DNA from: Bacteroidales bacterium
Lineage (GTDB): Bacteria; Bacteroidota; Bacteroidia; Bacteroidales; UBA4181
Direction of reading: 5' to 3'
DNA: 64,000 nt
Assembly (NCBI GenBank): GCA_031547085.1
Contig: JAVBSH010000055.1
Coordinates: 3,249-67,248 of the forward strand
The position numbers and the translations under genes are program-made. The notes beneath the pieces were generated by a model. That model saw only the letters and a program-made list of their open reading frames with translations. It did no database searches and was not told the DNA's origin. Position 1 is the stretch's first letter. The number at the start of each line of letters is the position of its first letter. Of the stretch, positions 1 through 10,139 are shown piece by piece.

Positions 1-1842
1 GTAATTGATATTCCACGATTTATAGCTGCCGCTCACAATTGCCGAACCACTGTGCCAAGGTATATAAGGAATTTGATCGCCTTGGAATTCGTCCGTCGGG
101 TCGGTATTATCCTGGGCTTGTTGCCAGGTATAATTCAACCGGGTATTGATATATATCTGTCCTGCGCGGCATCCTGCGTCGGCGGCAACATCCACGCCAA
201 GTATGTCCACTTTGCCGAGATTGAGCATCATCCATTGAAACTGCTGTCCGCCCGGCTCGGCGATGATTTTGTCGGTGATCCGGTTATAATAGGCATCTGT
301 CTGAATGCTGATCCGGTTAAACCATGATTGTTTGAATAACCGTTCGTAAGTGATGCCTGCATCATATTGTGTAGAATATTCGGGTTTTAGGATGTGATTT
401 CCGATGAGTGTATAATACAGGTCGTTAAAGGTAGGCATCCGGAATATTCTTTTGTAGAAGGCACGAAGGTGGAGTTCTTCATCTGCGAACGGTTGATATG
501 AAACAAAAGCAGCCGGTGTAAAAACGTTCCTATCGGGTGCGACAGCATTCTTCTTCACCTCCTCGTATACAAAAGTCCCCAGAACGCTTGCCTGTACTTT
601 CAGCCGATCGAAATCAAATGCTGTAGCAAGCGCAGCCATACCGGTATAACGTTGCGGGTATGAGAAATTGACCAGGTTGGCATCCATTTTATTATATTGG
701 AAATCGGTAGAAAAAGTCACTTTCCACACAGGCATGACCTGGTACATGTTGATGACCGAAAAATAAAACTCTTTCTGCTGATACTCGTTGTCATACTCCT
801 TTCCCGAATCTTTACCAATGAAATGTGTGTAATCGTACGCGTATTTTCCGTTGACTTTAAAGTCGTAACGGTTTCCGATTATTTTCTTGAATGATGATTG
901 TACGAAAAAATTACGGTCACTAAGCCGTTGATTTCTCCACGAAACATTCCTGACCGTAGCGCCAGGCATTCCACGGTCCGAATCGTAGAAGTACGCCTTT
1001 GCACACCATTCGCCACCATCAAGTTGTCCGGTTAATCCGGCTTCTGCACGGAAAGCATTAATGTCACTATTTTTACGAATCTCAATGGTATCGTAAGCCA
1101 CACTACCGTCGTTATTGAACATGCGTTCCTCGAAACGGTATTTCCCGTTGGAGTTGATCCATTCGGCGCTCACGGTACTACTTACCTGATCATTTAGCTT
1201 TTGTTGCCAGAGAAAAGATGGATTGGTAAGCCCGTATATGAATGGTGTTTCAAGGCCTTCGAAAGCAGCCGTCCGGTATTGAGCTTTCAGTTTGGTTCGT
1301 TCGTCCCCGGTAAACTTAGGTTTGATGGTAGTCAGGTATATAGTTCCAGCCGAGCCATAATCTTTTGCCGACTGGAAAATGTCGCTTTTCTGTGCATTGT
1401 ACAGGTCGATGGCCTCCATGTTGTCCAGCGAAAACTTGCCAAGATCAACCACTCCGTTTTGCGCATTACCAAGTTGAATACCATCGTAGAACACACCAAC
1501 GTGGTGGCTTCCCATGCTCCGGATGTTCACTGTTTTCAGTCCGCCGATACCGCCATAATCCTTCACCTGCATACCCGAAAAGTAACGCAGTGCATCGGCG
1601 ATCGACAGGCTATTAACCCGTTCCAGGTCTCGACCTTTGAGGCTTTGTACAGGTGTGGGTGATGAAAGATTGTATGTAGGCCGCATCCCGGAAATAACTA
1701 CCTCCTGTATGCTGTCTTTCCTGATTGGTTCTATCTCCGGGGCAATATCTTGCGCCAACACTTTCATACACGTGGTGAAAGTGAAAATAAGCAAAACCTG
1801 AAATCTGGAACTTGAAACCTGGAACTTGAAACTACTATCCAT
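1..1842 (-). CDS. TonB-dependent outer-membrane receptor, BtuB-like (partial; 3' end runs off the left edge)
   Basis: Absent from the ORF track because its stop lies left of position 1. Hand translation from the ATG (complement of 1840-1842) gives MDSSFKFQVSSSRFQVLLIFTFTTCMKVLAQ, then plug-like sequence (VVISGMRP, DALRYFSGMQVKDYGGIGGLKTVNIRSMGSHHVGVFYDGIQLGNAQNG). The frame is open where checked (last 60 nt read PWHSGSAIVSGSYKSWNINY). It lies immediately downstream of a cobalamin riboswitch. Confidence 0.8.
   Translation of the reverse strand, partial: MDSSFKFQVSSSRFQVLLIFTFTTCMKVLAQDIAPEIEPIRKDSIQEVVISGMRPTYNLSSPTPVQSLKGRDLERVNSLSIADALRYFSGMQVKDYGGIGGLKTVNIRSMGSHHVGVFYDGIQLGNAQNGVVDLGKFSLDNMEAIDLYNAQKSDIFQSAKDYGSAGTIYLTTIKPKFTGDERTKLKAQYRTAAFEGLETPFIYGLTNPSFLWQQKLNDQVSSTVSAEWINSNGKYRFEERMFNNDGSVAYDTIEIRKNSDINAFRAEAGLTGQLDGGEWCAKAYFYDSDRGMPGATVRNVSWRNQRLSDRNFFVQSSFKKIIGNRYDFKVNGKYAYDYTHFIGKDSGKEYDNEYQQKEFYFSVINMYQVMPVWKVTFSTDFQYNKMDANLVNFSYPQRYTGMAALATAFDFDRLKVQASVLGTFVYEEVKKNAVAPDRNVFTPAAFVSYQPFADEELHLRAFYKRIFRMPTFNDLYYTLIGNHILKPEYSTQYDAGITYERLFKQSWFNRISIQTDAYYNRITDKIIAEPGGQQFQWMMLNLGKVDILGVDVAADAGCRAGQIYINTRLNYTWQQAQDNTDPTDEFQGDQIPYIPWHSGSAIVSGSYKSWNINY
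1795..1833. repeat. Perfect tandem 14-mer (CTGGAACTTGAAAC x2) plus a related flank; GTTTCAAG-type repeat
   Basis: Identical copies at 1805-1818 and 1819-1832. The reverse complement reads GTTTCAAGTTCCAG x2. The core GTTTCAAGTT is shared with the repeat at 41253-41336. It lies inside the first codons of the BtuB-like ORF (encoding FKFQVSSSRFQV). Confidence 0.7.
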
Positions 1843-1861
1843 GCTTTAACCCTCGAAAGCT

Positions 1862-2050
1862 ATGATTATTAACTTGCTTTGGCAGGTCTTCTGACTTGTT
1901 CCATCTCCCGGACACCTTCCCGGAAATAATTTCCAGTGGGTTGAGTATTATCCGGAGATTTTTGTTGGAACTTACAGCAGCGGGTCTGTCCAGGATTTGC
2001 ACCTGGTTCCCTTTTCACGGATGATCCCGGATAGAATCATCCAAACCAAA
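1862..2050 (-). promoter_or_regulatory. Cobalamin (B12) riboswitch in the 5' leader of the BtuB-like receptor
   Basis: The minus strand reads GTGAAAAGGGAACCAGGTGCAAATCCTGGACAGACCCGCTGCTGTAAG (complement of about 1975-2019), matching the conserved cobalamin-riboswitch core. AGTCAGAAGACCTGCC (complement of 1881-1896) matches the B12 box. Outer boundaries are approximate. Confidence 0.85.
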
Positions 2051-2086
2051 AACAGGAACAAAGGTAGTTTCTTTTCAGATACTAAC

Positions 2087-2120
2087 AAAAAAACACGAAC
2101 CATGACGGCTCGTGTTTTTC
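2087..2120. terminator. Bidirectional hairpin terminator (A-run / stem / T-run)
   Basis: AAAAAAACACGAACCATGACGGCTCGTGTTTTTC: stem ACACGA...TCGTGT flanked by A- and T-runs. It lies 23 nt downstream of the ompH stop on the minus strand. Confidence 0.55.
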
Positions 2121-2142
2121 CATGAAAAAGAAATGTATATTT

Positions 2143-2658
2143 TTATTTCTTGATACCCAGGTTCTGCTTCACTGCGGGCAACAGGTCTTTTGAGTCTATT
2201 GATTTAAACACCAGGGCTTGACTGGATAACACATAGGTAATCCCTTGTTCCTTGGCTACGGCTTCTACAGCTTTATTCGCTTTATCCAAAATAGGTTGTA
2301 ATAACTTGGCATTCTGTTCTTCCATGCTTTGTTGTGCATTTTCCTGAAACATCTGGATTCTTTCATTCATTGATTGTAGTTCCTGTTCCTTTGATTTACG
2401 AACTAAATCCGTCCAGTTTTTATTGTTGTTTGCCCAATCCTCATACTTTTTGTTTCGCTCAACGCTCATTTCTTCCAATCCTTTTTCCAAGTCTTTTGTG
2501 AATTTTTGCATTTTCACCATCGCTGAATCATGTTCGGGCATGGAAGTGATCAATTCCTGCATGTTGATATAAGCAAACTTTGGTGTTTGTGCAGAAACTT
2601 TATGAGTGCAAACAACAACGAGGGCTACTACGAATACTAATTTGAGTATGTTTTTCAT
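2143..2658 (-). CDS. OmpH/Skp-family periplasmic chaperone
   Basis: 171 aa with a signal peptide (VVCTHKVSAQ) and a coiled-coil-rich K/E/Q composition. It holds the canonical position after bamA. Confidence 0.85.
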   Translation of the reverse strand: MKNILKLVFVVALVVVCTHKVSAQTPKFAYINMQELITSMPEHDSAMVKMQKFTKDLEKGLEEMSVERNKKYEDWANNNKNWTDLVRKSKEQELQSMNERIQMFQENAQQSMEEQNAKLLQPILDKANKAVEAVAKEQGITYVLSSQALVFKSIDSKDLLPAVKQNLGIKK

Positions 2659-2700
2659 TTTCTAAAGGGTATATTAAAATTTAGGTGCAAAAATAGATAT

Positions 2701-3216
2701 TTATTTCTTATATCCCAACCTTTCAAGAACTTCATCGCTTTTGTCCTGTTTAGGATTGGCATACAGTATGCTTGCGTCGGCCGAGGTGTCGAATATGGCC
2801 GCATAACCGCCTTCAACAGCCATTTCCTTGACTGCTTTGAATACTTCATCCTGTATCGGCTTTACCAACTCTTGTTGTTTTTTGGCCAATTCGCCTTCGG
2901 GGCCGTAATATTTCTTTTGCAGGTCTTTCACTGCCTGTTCCTTTTTGATGATCTCGTCTTCACGTTTCTTTTTCATATCATCCGAAAGCATCACTTTTTC
3001 AGCCTGATAATTCTTATACGACTTCTCGATCTCGCTATATTGCGTTTCGATCTCTTTTTGCCAATCTGCCGACAATTTATCGATTTGTCCCTGCGCCGAT
3101 TTGTAAGCGGGGATATTATTAAGAATATATTCGGTATCCACAAAAGCGAACTTTTGCGCTACTGCAGGTATCACCGCAAACACGGCCAATACTCCTATCA
3201 TGAATATCTTTTTCAT
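2701..3216 (-). CDS. OmpH/Skp-family periplasmic chaperone (paralogue)
   Basis: 171 aa with a signal peptide (AVIPAVAQKFAFVD). It is the second member of the usual Bacteroidota ompH pair downstream of bamA. Confidence 0.85.
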   Translation of the reverse strand: MKKIFMIGVLAVFAVIPAVAQKFAFVDTEYILNNIPAYKSAQGQIDKLSADWQKEIETQYSEIEKSYKNYQAEKVMLSDDMKKKREDEIIKKEQAVKDLQKKYYGPEGELAKKQQELVKPIQDEVFKAVKEMAVEGGYAAIFDTSADASILYANPKQDKSDEVLERLGYKK

Positions 3217-3291
3217 CTTAAACTTCTTTACTTGTTTGAAACTTTATTTATCTTTTGAAATCAAATTCTTCTAACACTAACGTTGGGGTTC

Positions 3292-5844
3292 TTAGAACTG
3301 TTGCCCAAGAATGAACTGGAATTCCCCTTTCCGGCCTCCGCCTTGTGCATCGCGGTCGAATCCATATCCCCAGTCAATTCCCAACATCCCGAACATCGGG
3401 AGGAAGGCCCGAACGCCGATACCTGCCGTGCGCTTCAAGTCGAAGGGACTGTATGTTTTGAAATCGTACCATGCATTACCTGCTTCGGCAAAAGCTACCA
3501 CATAGATGGTCGACGCAGGCTGCATAATTACCGGGTAACGCAACTCCATGTTGGCCTTTGTATAGATATTCGCCTTCCTGAAAGACATATCTTTGCTGGC
3601 TTCGGGTGGTGCATAAGGAGTCAAGGATCCATCGCTATACCCCCTCATAGGAACAATTTCTATGCCATACATTTGATATCCCTGCATACCCGATCCTCCC
3701 ATATCAAATCCTTCATATGGAGAATATCCGGTCTTCTTCTGGTAGTTGCCCAGGTAACCAAACTGGTAATGGGTGGCCAATACCAGCTTATCCACCACAT
3801 TGAGATACCATGCTGCCTTGAATACCCATTTATGATACTCGATCCATTTATATTTTTCTGCCTGGGTTGCCGAACTATAATTGAGATTGTTGAATAACGA
3901 CCAAGGAGGAGTCAAATGCAAACTTAAAGATATATTCGATCCCTGACGTGGATAAATGGGCTGGTCTTGCGAATTACGCGCTAATGTGATACCAAAGTTG
4001 ATATTATTTGATGTGCCGTTTTTGAATCCAAGGCTATAGTATCCACGACCTTCCCAATCCTGCACTTTATAACGCATGTATGATACATCGGTGGAAAGAG
4101 AGAACCAGTCGTCCGGCCATTTCAACCGTCTTCCCAATCCAACGGTAACCCCACTTGATTTGTAATACTGGTCGGAACCTTCCGTTTTCCAATAATACGA
4201 ACGGTTGGTCATTTTCGAATGGTAAAGCGAGACTGAGAAAGAATTGGCACGTTTGCCGCCTAACCAGGGTTCCACAAAAGTGATATTATACGATTGGTAA
4301 TACCGTCCGTTGGATTGGAGCGATAGGCCGAGTGTTTGCCCGTCACCTGACGGTACAGGCCGCCATGCTTTCGGATCGAATATACGGCTGGCAGCAAAGT
4401 TATTAAACCGTACACCGACACGGCCAATAAACATACCCCCCCCAAAACCGGCAGATAATTCCAATTGGTCATTTGCCTTTTCCTCCAACACGTAGGTTAT
4501 ATCAACCGTTCCATTTTGCGTATTCGGTTCAATATTGGGCTGCAATTTTTCAGGATTGAAATGGCCCAGTGTGGCCAACTCGCGGACATCCCTCATTATA
4601 AGCGATTTGCTGAACAAGTCGCCCGGAAGGACACGCAACTCACGGCGTACCACATGTTCGTTGGTTTTGTTGTTACCCCGGATCATCACACGATCGATGG
4701 TCGCCTGTTCTCCTTCATGGATGCGTATTTCCACATCTACAGAATCATTATCGATACGTAATTCTACAGGGGTAACTTGAGAAAAAAGATACCCATTATC
4801 GGTATACAATGATCCTACGGCATCTTCATCGATGTTCAAGCGTTTCTGTAAACCAATCTGGTCATAAATATCTCCTTTCTTATATCGTAATGCCCTGTTT
4901 AAAATGTCAGTAGTGTATTTCGTATTCCCTACCCAGGTGATGTTGCGGTAATAATATTTTTGACCTTCGCTCACACGCATGTGCAACACTACACGGTTAT
5001 CCTTCACAAAAGTAATGGAATCGTTGATGATCTTGAAATCGCGGTATCCGTTTTTATTGTAAAATTCAACCATTTTATTCCGGTCTTCTTTCAGGTTGGA
5101 AACCACATATTTCTTACCTTTGAAGATATTGAAATTCCACTTCATCTGCTTGGTCTTTTTCATGACCCTACGCAGGCGTTTGTCTTTATAATCCTGATTT
5201 CCGATAAAATCTATCTCAGCGATTTTTACCTTCGACTGTTTGTCGATGATCACTTTCAGCGATACCCTGTTAACCGCTGAAGTGTCATTCTTTTGGACAA
5301 ATTCGGTAGAGACATTGTAATATCCTTTTTCACGATAATGCTTGGTGATAATGGTTTTAATGTTATTCAAGGTGTTTTCGGTAACCTGGTTTCCCGGTCT
5401 GACGTTTATTTTTTCTTTTAAATCCTTTACCTCACCTTTGCGCACTCCTTCAATGACTAGTCTTGACAGACGCGGACGTTCACGGAGCACGATTTCAAGG
5501 TAAATCACATTGCCTTCTATCTTTTCAGCAATTACCTTTACATCTGAAAACAAACCCTGTTCCCAGAATTTATCTACCACCTTGGTAATGTCGTCACCGG
5601 GAATAGTGATTTTCCGCCCGACATCCAAGCCCGACATACTGGCCAGGACATTGGTGTCCATAAATTTGATACCCGTCACTTTAACTCCGCCAATGACGTA
5701 TTCCTGGGCGTTGGAATAATCCATTACCGGATAACTCGAATAATCCGGCTCCTGCGCAAACAGATGATGGGAAAGAATAGACGAGAAAAAAATGAAACAA
5801 AGCGTTACTTTTTGCAACATATTATTGGTTTTCTGTTTGTTCAT
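3292..5844 (-). CDS. bamA: Outer-membrane protein assembly factor BamA
   Basis: 850 aa with POTRA-like repeats and an Omp85 barrel ending GIDWGYGFD...FQFILGQQF. The context is uppS-bamA-ompH-ompH. An alternative ATG at 5820 (MLQKVTLCFIFF...) would remove the overlap with uppS. Confidence 0.92.
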   Translation of the reverse strand: MNKQKTNNMLQKVTLCFIFFSSILSHHLFAQEPDYSSYPVMDYSNAQEYVIGGVKVTGIKFMDTNVLASMSGLDVGRKITIPGDDITKVVDKFWEQGLFSDVKVIAEKIEGNVIYLEIVLRERPRLSRLVIEGVRKGEVKDLKEKINVRPGNQVTENTLNNIKTIITKHYREKGYYNVSTEFVQKNDTSAVNRVSLKVIIDKQSKVKIAEIDFIGNQDYKDKRLRRVMKKTKQMKWNFNIFKGKKYVVSNLKEDRNKMVEFYNKNGYRDFKIINDSITFVKDNRVVLHMRVSEGQKYYYRNITWVGNTKYTTDILNRALRYKKGDIYDQIGLQKRLNIDEDAVGSLYTDNGYLFSQVTPVELRIDNDSVDVEIRIHEGEQATIDRVMIRGNNKTNEHVVRRELRVLPGDLFSKSLIMRDVRELATLGHFNPEKLQPNIEPNTQNGTVDITYVLEEKANDQLELSAGFGGGMFIGRVGVRFNNFAASRIFDPKAWRPVPSGDGQTLGLSLQSNGRYYQSYNITFVEPWLGGKRANSFSVSLYHSKMTNRSYYWKTEGSDQYYKSSGVTVGLGRRLKWPDDWFSLSTDVSYMRYKVQDWEGRGYYSLGFKNGTSNNINFGITLARNSQDQPIYPRQGSNISLSLHLTPPWSLFNNLNYSSATQAEKYKWIEYHKWVFKAAWYLNVVDKLVLATHYQFGYLGNYQKKTGYSPYEGFDMGGSGMQGYQMYGIEIVPMRGYSDGSLTPYAPPEASKDMSFRKANIYTKANMELRYPVIMQPASTIYVVAFAEAGNAWYDFKTYSPFDLKRTAGIGVRAFLPMFGMLGIDWGYGFDRDAQGGGRKGEFQFILGQQF

Positions 5845-6583
5845 AATGATTTAACTGCTCGCTTGTTTTGCCGAACCGCCGTTCCCTTTTTTGGTAATCG
5901 ACAATAGCCTTATAGAAATCGTCTTTACGGAAATCGGGCCACAACGTTGGTGTAAAATACAGTTCGGAATAAGCAATCTGCCACAGCAGGAAATTGCTAA
6001 CCCTGTATTCGCCGCTGGTGCGGATCAGTAATTCGGGGTCGGGTATATTTTGGGTATTCAAATAAGAAGAAAAAATTTCGCTGGTAATGGATTTATCCAA
6101 TTTTCCTGAAGTGGTATCAGCCTTGATCCGGTTCACTGCATCGAGTATTTCCCAGCGTCCACTATAATTCAACGCCAGGATCAACTTTAAACCTGTATTG
6201 TGTGATGTTTTTTCGATGGCAGCCATCAATTGCTTGGATACGTTGCTCGACAAGCGGTTGATGTCGCCGATGGCTGCAAGGGAAATATTGTTTTTCATGA
6301 GGGTGGGCGTTTCGTCATGCAACGACGAAACCAGCAACGACATGAGTGCATCGACCTCCATCTTGGGGCGGTTCCAGTTTTCAGTGGAAAAAGCATACAA
6401 AGTCAAGAAGCGGATTCCCATCTCAGCAGCGGCCTCCACCGTTTCGCGGACAGCCGTCACACCATTCTTGTGCCCAAAAATTCGTTGGTTACCCTTCTTT
6501 TTGGCCCACCTCCCGTTACCGTCCATGATAACGGCAACATGCACAGGCAGATTATCCATATCAATCTTGTCTTTATAAATCAT
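5822..6583 (-). CDS. uppS: Isoprenyl transferase / undecaprenyl-diphosphate synthase
   Basis: 253 aa with the motifs HVAVIMDGNGRWA, YAFSTENWNRP and RTSGE.R.SNFLLWQ.AYSE. Confidence 0.93.
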   Translation of the reverse strand: MIYKDKIDMDNLPVHVAVIMDGNGRWAKKKGNQRIFGHKNGVTAVRETVEAAAEMGIRFLTLYAFSTENWNRPKMEVDALMSLLVSSLHDETPTLMKNNISLAAIGDINRLSSNVSKQLMAAIEKTSHNTGLKLILALNYSGRWEILDAVNRIKADTTSGKLDKSITSEIFSSYLNTQNIPDPELLIRTSGEYRVSNFLLWQIAYSELYFTPTLWPDFRKDDFYKAIVDYQKRERRFGKTSEQLNHYEQTENQ

Positions 6584-7284
6584 TTATAGACATTTTGTTC
6601 CTTGATGGCAGGACAGATAAAACTTTGTTCAAATATCCGGAAAGTAACGAACACCCCGGCAAACGAATACCAATCGTTGTTGTGCGACGAAGAATACGAA
6701 CCGTCCGGTCCGGGATTCAGTACACCATCCAGCTTATCGGTAAAAGTTTTACGCATACCCCACTCGCATCCGATCCCGATCACCTCGGTGATACGGTATT
6801 TATATCCTACACCGAAAGGTATGGTTACATGGTTGGCAGCGCTATTGGTTGTTGACGATAAAACAAACGAGTAACCAAGCCCGGCAAAGATGTAAGGCGT
6901 ATGCGCTTTCGTCCGCCGGTTGATGATGTATGGTAAGAAATTGAACTCATACCCGACCTGGCAATCGACCAACGAAGTCTCGAAATTTTGTGCCCTTGTT
7001 TTTTGATAATCATTTTTGAAATCCAGATCGTTCCCTTTTATTTTACCATAAAATACATTGAAACGCAAACTGTGATGCTCGGTGAAATTGTGTTTTACCA
7101 ATGCCCCGAACGACATGCCGGGATCATAAAACTGTTTTCGCGGATTGATATCACCCAGGTAATAAGATACGCCCCCGAACAAACCACCATCCGTATTCGG
7201 ATGAAAAACTTGTCCGCAAACGGCTAATGGTTTCATCAGCACCCCCATCACACATCCGATAATCGTATATCTAACTAATCTCAA
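6580..7284 (-). CDS. Small outer-membrane beta-barrel protein (DUF6089-like)
   Basis: 234 aa with a signal peptide and alternating beta-strand pattern. Its stop overlaps the uppS start (ATGA). The family name is from memory of this conserved neighbourhood. Confidence 0.6.
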   Translation of the reverse strand: MRLVRYTIIGCVMGVLMKPLAVCGQVFHPNTDGGLFGGVSYYLGDINPRKQFYDPGMSFGALVKHNFTEHHSLRFNVFYGKIKGNDLDFKNDYQKTRAQNFETSLVDCQVGYEFNFLPYIINRRTKAHTPYIFAGLGYSFVLSSTTNSAANHVTIPFGVGYKYRITEVIGIGCEWGMRKTFTDKLDGVLNPGPDGSYSSSHNNDWYSFAGVFVTFRIFEQSFICPAIKEQNVYK

Positions 7285-7383
7285 TTTTTTCGTATCTACC
7301 CTATTTGAAATTGTCCGGAAATCAAAAAACGAAACGTAAATAGTTTCGTTTTATTGTTTGATGATTGGTTTATGTTATATTCA

Positions 7384-8163
7384 TTAACGTCTGCTCCTAT
7401 TCGGACGTACCGGTTTTCTCTTTCCTCCCGCGAGTTGTATCTTATAGATGGCATGCAGGGTGGTGAAATAGTAGGTATCTTTTGCCTTCGACCAATCGGT
7501 GGAAATCCCGTCGAGATAATCGGATGTGGTGAACCTCCGGCCTATCTCCAAACCTACACCCCAAAACGGACTGATATCGGATCGGATACCTAACCCAACC
7601 GGGAGTGCCAATCCAAGTGTATGGTTTTTGGTGTATTCGCCCGGAATAAGCTCACCGCCGTGTGTATCAAGTTCGGGCATTGAATAAAATGCTCCGGCTC
7701 CGGCAAATACATATGCTTTGGTCATCATGTGAGCGCCTCTGCGGCCTCTTCTTTGTGCCATCAAAGTGCCGATACAGTCGTTCATACGCAAGAAATTCCA
7801 TTCGATTTGTCCCGAAAGTTCAAACATCCATGCACGATAAGAATAATGCCGTGCATCATTGATCGACCCTTTATCGTTTCCGGCTGCTATGCCGGCAAAC
7901 AGATTCAATTTCCCGGAAAATTGTTCGTTGATGTCCATGCGGCCAGCCACATATATGGTGGGACGGGTTTGAGAAAACTGAATATCTTTTATCCCATACC
8001 AATTATCCCTGGTAGCAGCACCACCGAGGTCCCCAAAAACATTAGCCGCGCCAATGCCCCCGTGTATTTCATATACCCTATATCTTCTATTGTACTGGGC
8101 ATCCACATGGAACCAACACAATATTAATAAAAGTATAGTTAAGGTACAGATCCTTTTAGACAT
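7384..8163 (-). CDS. Small outer-membrane beta-barrel protein (DUF6089-like paralogue)
   Basis: 259 aa with signal peptide MSKRICTLTILLLILCWFHVDAQ and Gly/aromatic-rich strands similar in style to 6580-7284. Confidence 0.6.
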   Translation of the reverse strand: MSKRICTLTILLLILCWFHVDAQYNRRYRVYEIHGGIGAANVFGDLGGAATRDNWYGIKDIQFSQTRPTIYVAGRMDINEQFSGKLNLFAGIAAGNDKGSINDARHYSYRAWMFELSGQIEWNFLRMNDCIGTLMAQRRGRRGAHMMTKAYVFAGAGAFYSMPELDTHGGELIPGEYTKNHTLGLALPVGLGIRSDISPFWGVGLEIGRRFTTSDYLDGISTDWSKAKDTYYFTTLHAIYKIQLAGGKRKPVRPNRSRR

Positions 8164-8286
8164 GTTTTTATTTTTTCAGGAAGCAAAAATACTAAAATAG
8201 ATATAACAGACAAAATTATGGCAAAAATACGACATATTTTTGATATATTGAACGATAATCTCAACTTATGTCCTTAGAGGGAAGGC

Positions 8287-9315
8287 TTAAATGCTTTTTA
8301 ATGCGTTTGCTAATGCCTCGTTTTCGGCAGGAGTTCCTACCGTAACCCTGAGACAGTTGCCACATAGCGATATGGTACTCCGGTTACGTACAATAATCCC
8401 TTTTTTCACCAAATGATGGTAAATAGCGTTTGCATCGGGCACTTTGATGAGAAGGAAATTTGCATCGGTAGGATATACCTTTTCCACACAGGCAGCTTGC
8501 AAAAGTTGGTTTTGCAGCGTGTCGCGTTCCTGCAACAAAATCTTTACCCAGTCGTTCACTTGTCTTGCTTTTTCCAGCATCTGCAAAGCGTAGCCTTGGG
8601 TCAGTTGGTTGATGTTGTACGGATATTTCACCTTGCTCATGAGGGCGATGATCTCCGGTGCGGCAAAAGCCATTCCCAGACGGACAGCCGCACTGCCCCA
8701 CGCTTTCGAGAATGTCTGGAAAACAATCAGGTTAGGGTAACGCTTCAACTCACTGAGTAATGAAGGTTGCGATGAAAAATCAATATAGGCTTCATCTATA
8801 ATGACAATGCCGGAAAAATTTTCGACGGTTTTGATGATTTGAGTGCGGTCCAAACTGTTACCTGTCGGGTTGTTCGGCGAACACAGGAAAATAAGTTTTG
8901 TGTGTTCATCCGTTGTACGGAGCAACTCTTCGGCCGAGAAACCGAAATTTTCATCGAGCAATACTTTACGATATTCCACATCGTTGATGCCGGCAGCTAC
9001 CTGGTACATACCATAGGTAGGATCAATGGCCACCACATTGTCCGTAGCAGGTTCGCAAAACACACGGAATACTAAGTCGATAGGTTCATCACTACCGTTG
9101 CCGAGGAATATTTGTTCCTTGTCCACTCCCTTCAGTGTTGCAATCTTTTCTTTCACTTTCCATTGCAACGGATCCGGATAACGGTTGAGCGGCAAATTAT
9201 ACGGGTTTTCATTCGCATCGAGATATACAGATGCTTCACCTTTAAATTCGTTACGCGCAGACGAATATGGCTTCAGGTTCCAAATGTTGGGACGGACTAA
9301 TTGTTTTAAATCCAT
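8287..9315 (-). CDS. hisC: Histidinol-phosphate aminotransferase
   Basis: A class-II aminotransferase (YPDP, NPNNPTG, SKAWG with the PLP lysine). The track ORF starts at 9483, but the first 56 codons look non-genic. The ATG at 9315 gives [21 protein letters not shown], a typical HisC N-terminus. Confidence 0.9.
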   Translation of the reverse strand: MDLKQLVRPNIWNLKPYSSARNEFKGEASVYLDANENPYNLPLNRYPDPLQWKVKEKIATLKGVDKEQIFLGNGSDEPIDLVFRVFCEPATDNVVAIDPTYGMYQVAAGINDVEYRKVLLDENFGFSAEELLRTTDEHTKLIFLCSPNNPTGNSLDRTQIIKTVENFSGIVIIDEAYIDFSSQPSLLSELKRYPNLIVFQTFSKAWGSAAVRLGMAFAAPEIIALMSKVKYPYNINQLTQGYALQMLEKARQVNDWVKILLQERDTLQNQLLQAACVEKVYPTDANFLLIKVPDANAIYHHLVKKGIIVRNRSTISLCGNCLRVTVGTPAENEALANALKSI

Positions 9316-9397
9316 TGTGTTTACTTTATTGAGGATGCAAATGTAGGTAAATCCGCAGAATAAAAAACAATATCGTCCCCCACAAACGGTAAAAAGC

Positions 9398-9691
9398 TTA
9401 AAAGTTATTTCCCAGTTTGGATAATTTTTGTTTTTTCTTTTTCGAAAAGAAATGTGACAAAAGTTTGTATCCAATTTCAACACTACCCAGCATAGATGCT
9501 GATGAAATCAAACTGCTGGCCCATCCTGCTATTTTATTCACAATCCGCCACCCTTCTTCGATCCGTTCCCAATCGCGTCCCAGTTTCTTCTCCTGCTTTT
9601 TAATTTTCCAGCGTAACCGTTCTTTTTCAGCACGGATTTCTGCAAGGGTGGAAATTTGGCTGTATCTGAGGTCATTCTGTTTTTTCATCAT
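9398..9691 (-). CDS. Hypothetical coiled-coil/membrane protein of the YtxH stress cluster
   Basis: The likely start is [37 protein letters not shown] (internal Met of the 112-aa ORF). A C-terminal hydrophobic segment is present. It overlaps the stop of the upstream gene by about 20 nt. Confidence 0.5.
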   Translation of the reverse strand: MMKKQNDLRYSQISTLAEIRAEKERLRWKIKKQEKKLGRDWERIEEGWRIVNKIAGWASSLISSASMLGSVEIGYKLLSHFFSKKKKQKLSKLGNNF

Positions 9692-10076
9692 CTTTGTCTT
9701 CTTTATCTTCGTCATCATCTTCTTCAATAGCGTCATCGAACAGTATTTTACTGAAACGACGAATTAAAGGGTTAAGAATGATTTGATCCTTGAAAAGGAT
9801 AACTACTACTAAAGCCACAACACTAACGCCTCCCATTACCATAAAAGCAGGGATGAAACTTCCGAAGGCTTTTTCCATCAATACGATCAAAATGCAAGAA
9901 ATATAAATCCATATAGAACTTATCAGCATCAACGCCACCATAACCATGATCAGCAGCGAGATCACGGAAGATATTTTTTCGAGCAATTCTAACCGTAACA
10001 GGTCGTATCGGGTATTCAGGTATTCTTTGCCATCTTTGATGAAAGTCCTGTATTTCCCGGGAGAAGATTTACTCAT
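9672..10076 (-). CDS. Holin-X/phage-holin-like small membrane protein with an acidic tail
   Basis: The likely start is MSKSSPGKYRTFIKDGKEY. It has two transmembrane segments and the tail [17 protein letters not shown]. This is the typical partner of YtxH genes in Bacteroidota. Confidence 0.55.
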   Translation of the reverse strand: MSKSSPGKYRTFIKDGKEYLNTRYDLLRLELLEKISSVISLLIMVMVALMLISSIWIYISCILIVLMEKAFGSFIPAFMVMGGVSVVALVVVILFKDQIILNPLIRRFSKILFDDAIEEDDDEDKEDKDDEKTE

Positions 10077-10139
10077 AAATGTGTGCATATTTGAAATAAT
10101 CGGGATACAGGCTGCCTGTATCCCGGACAAAATAGTGAT

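Noticed and set aside
3283-3897. Long ORFs antisense to well-supported genes. Examples: 3283-3897 in bamA, 18756-19421 in the PD40/Omp85 gene, 34773-35309 in GH92, 40558-41238 in Ldh2, 42275-42985 in the IMPase gene, 48597-49121 in GH43 and 59684-60115 in SusC.
   Set aside because: Each lies wholly inside a longer opposite-strand ORF with clear family motifs. Their translations are low-complexity or Arg/Ser/Cys-rich with no motifs. They are typical shadow ORFs.
9316-9483. 56-codon N-terminal extension of the hisC ORF as listed in the track.
   Set aside because: The extension ([24 protein letters not shown]...) is unlike HisC N-termini and overlaps the neighbouring small gene (stop at 9398). 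The internal ATG at 9315 gives the canonical MDLKQL...KPYSSAR start.
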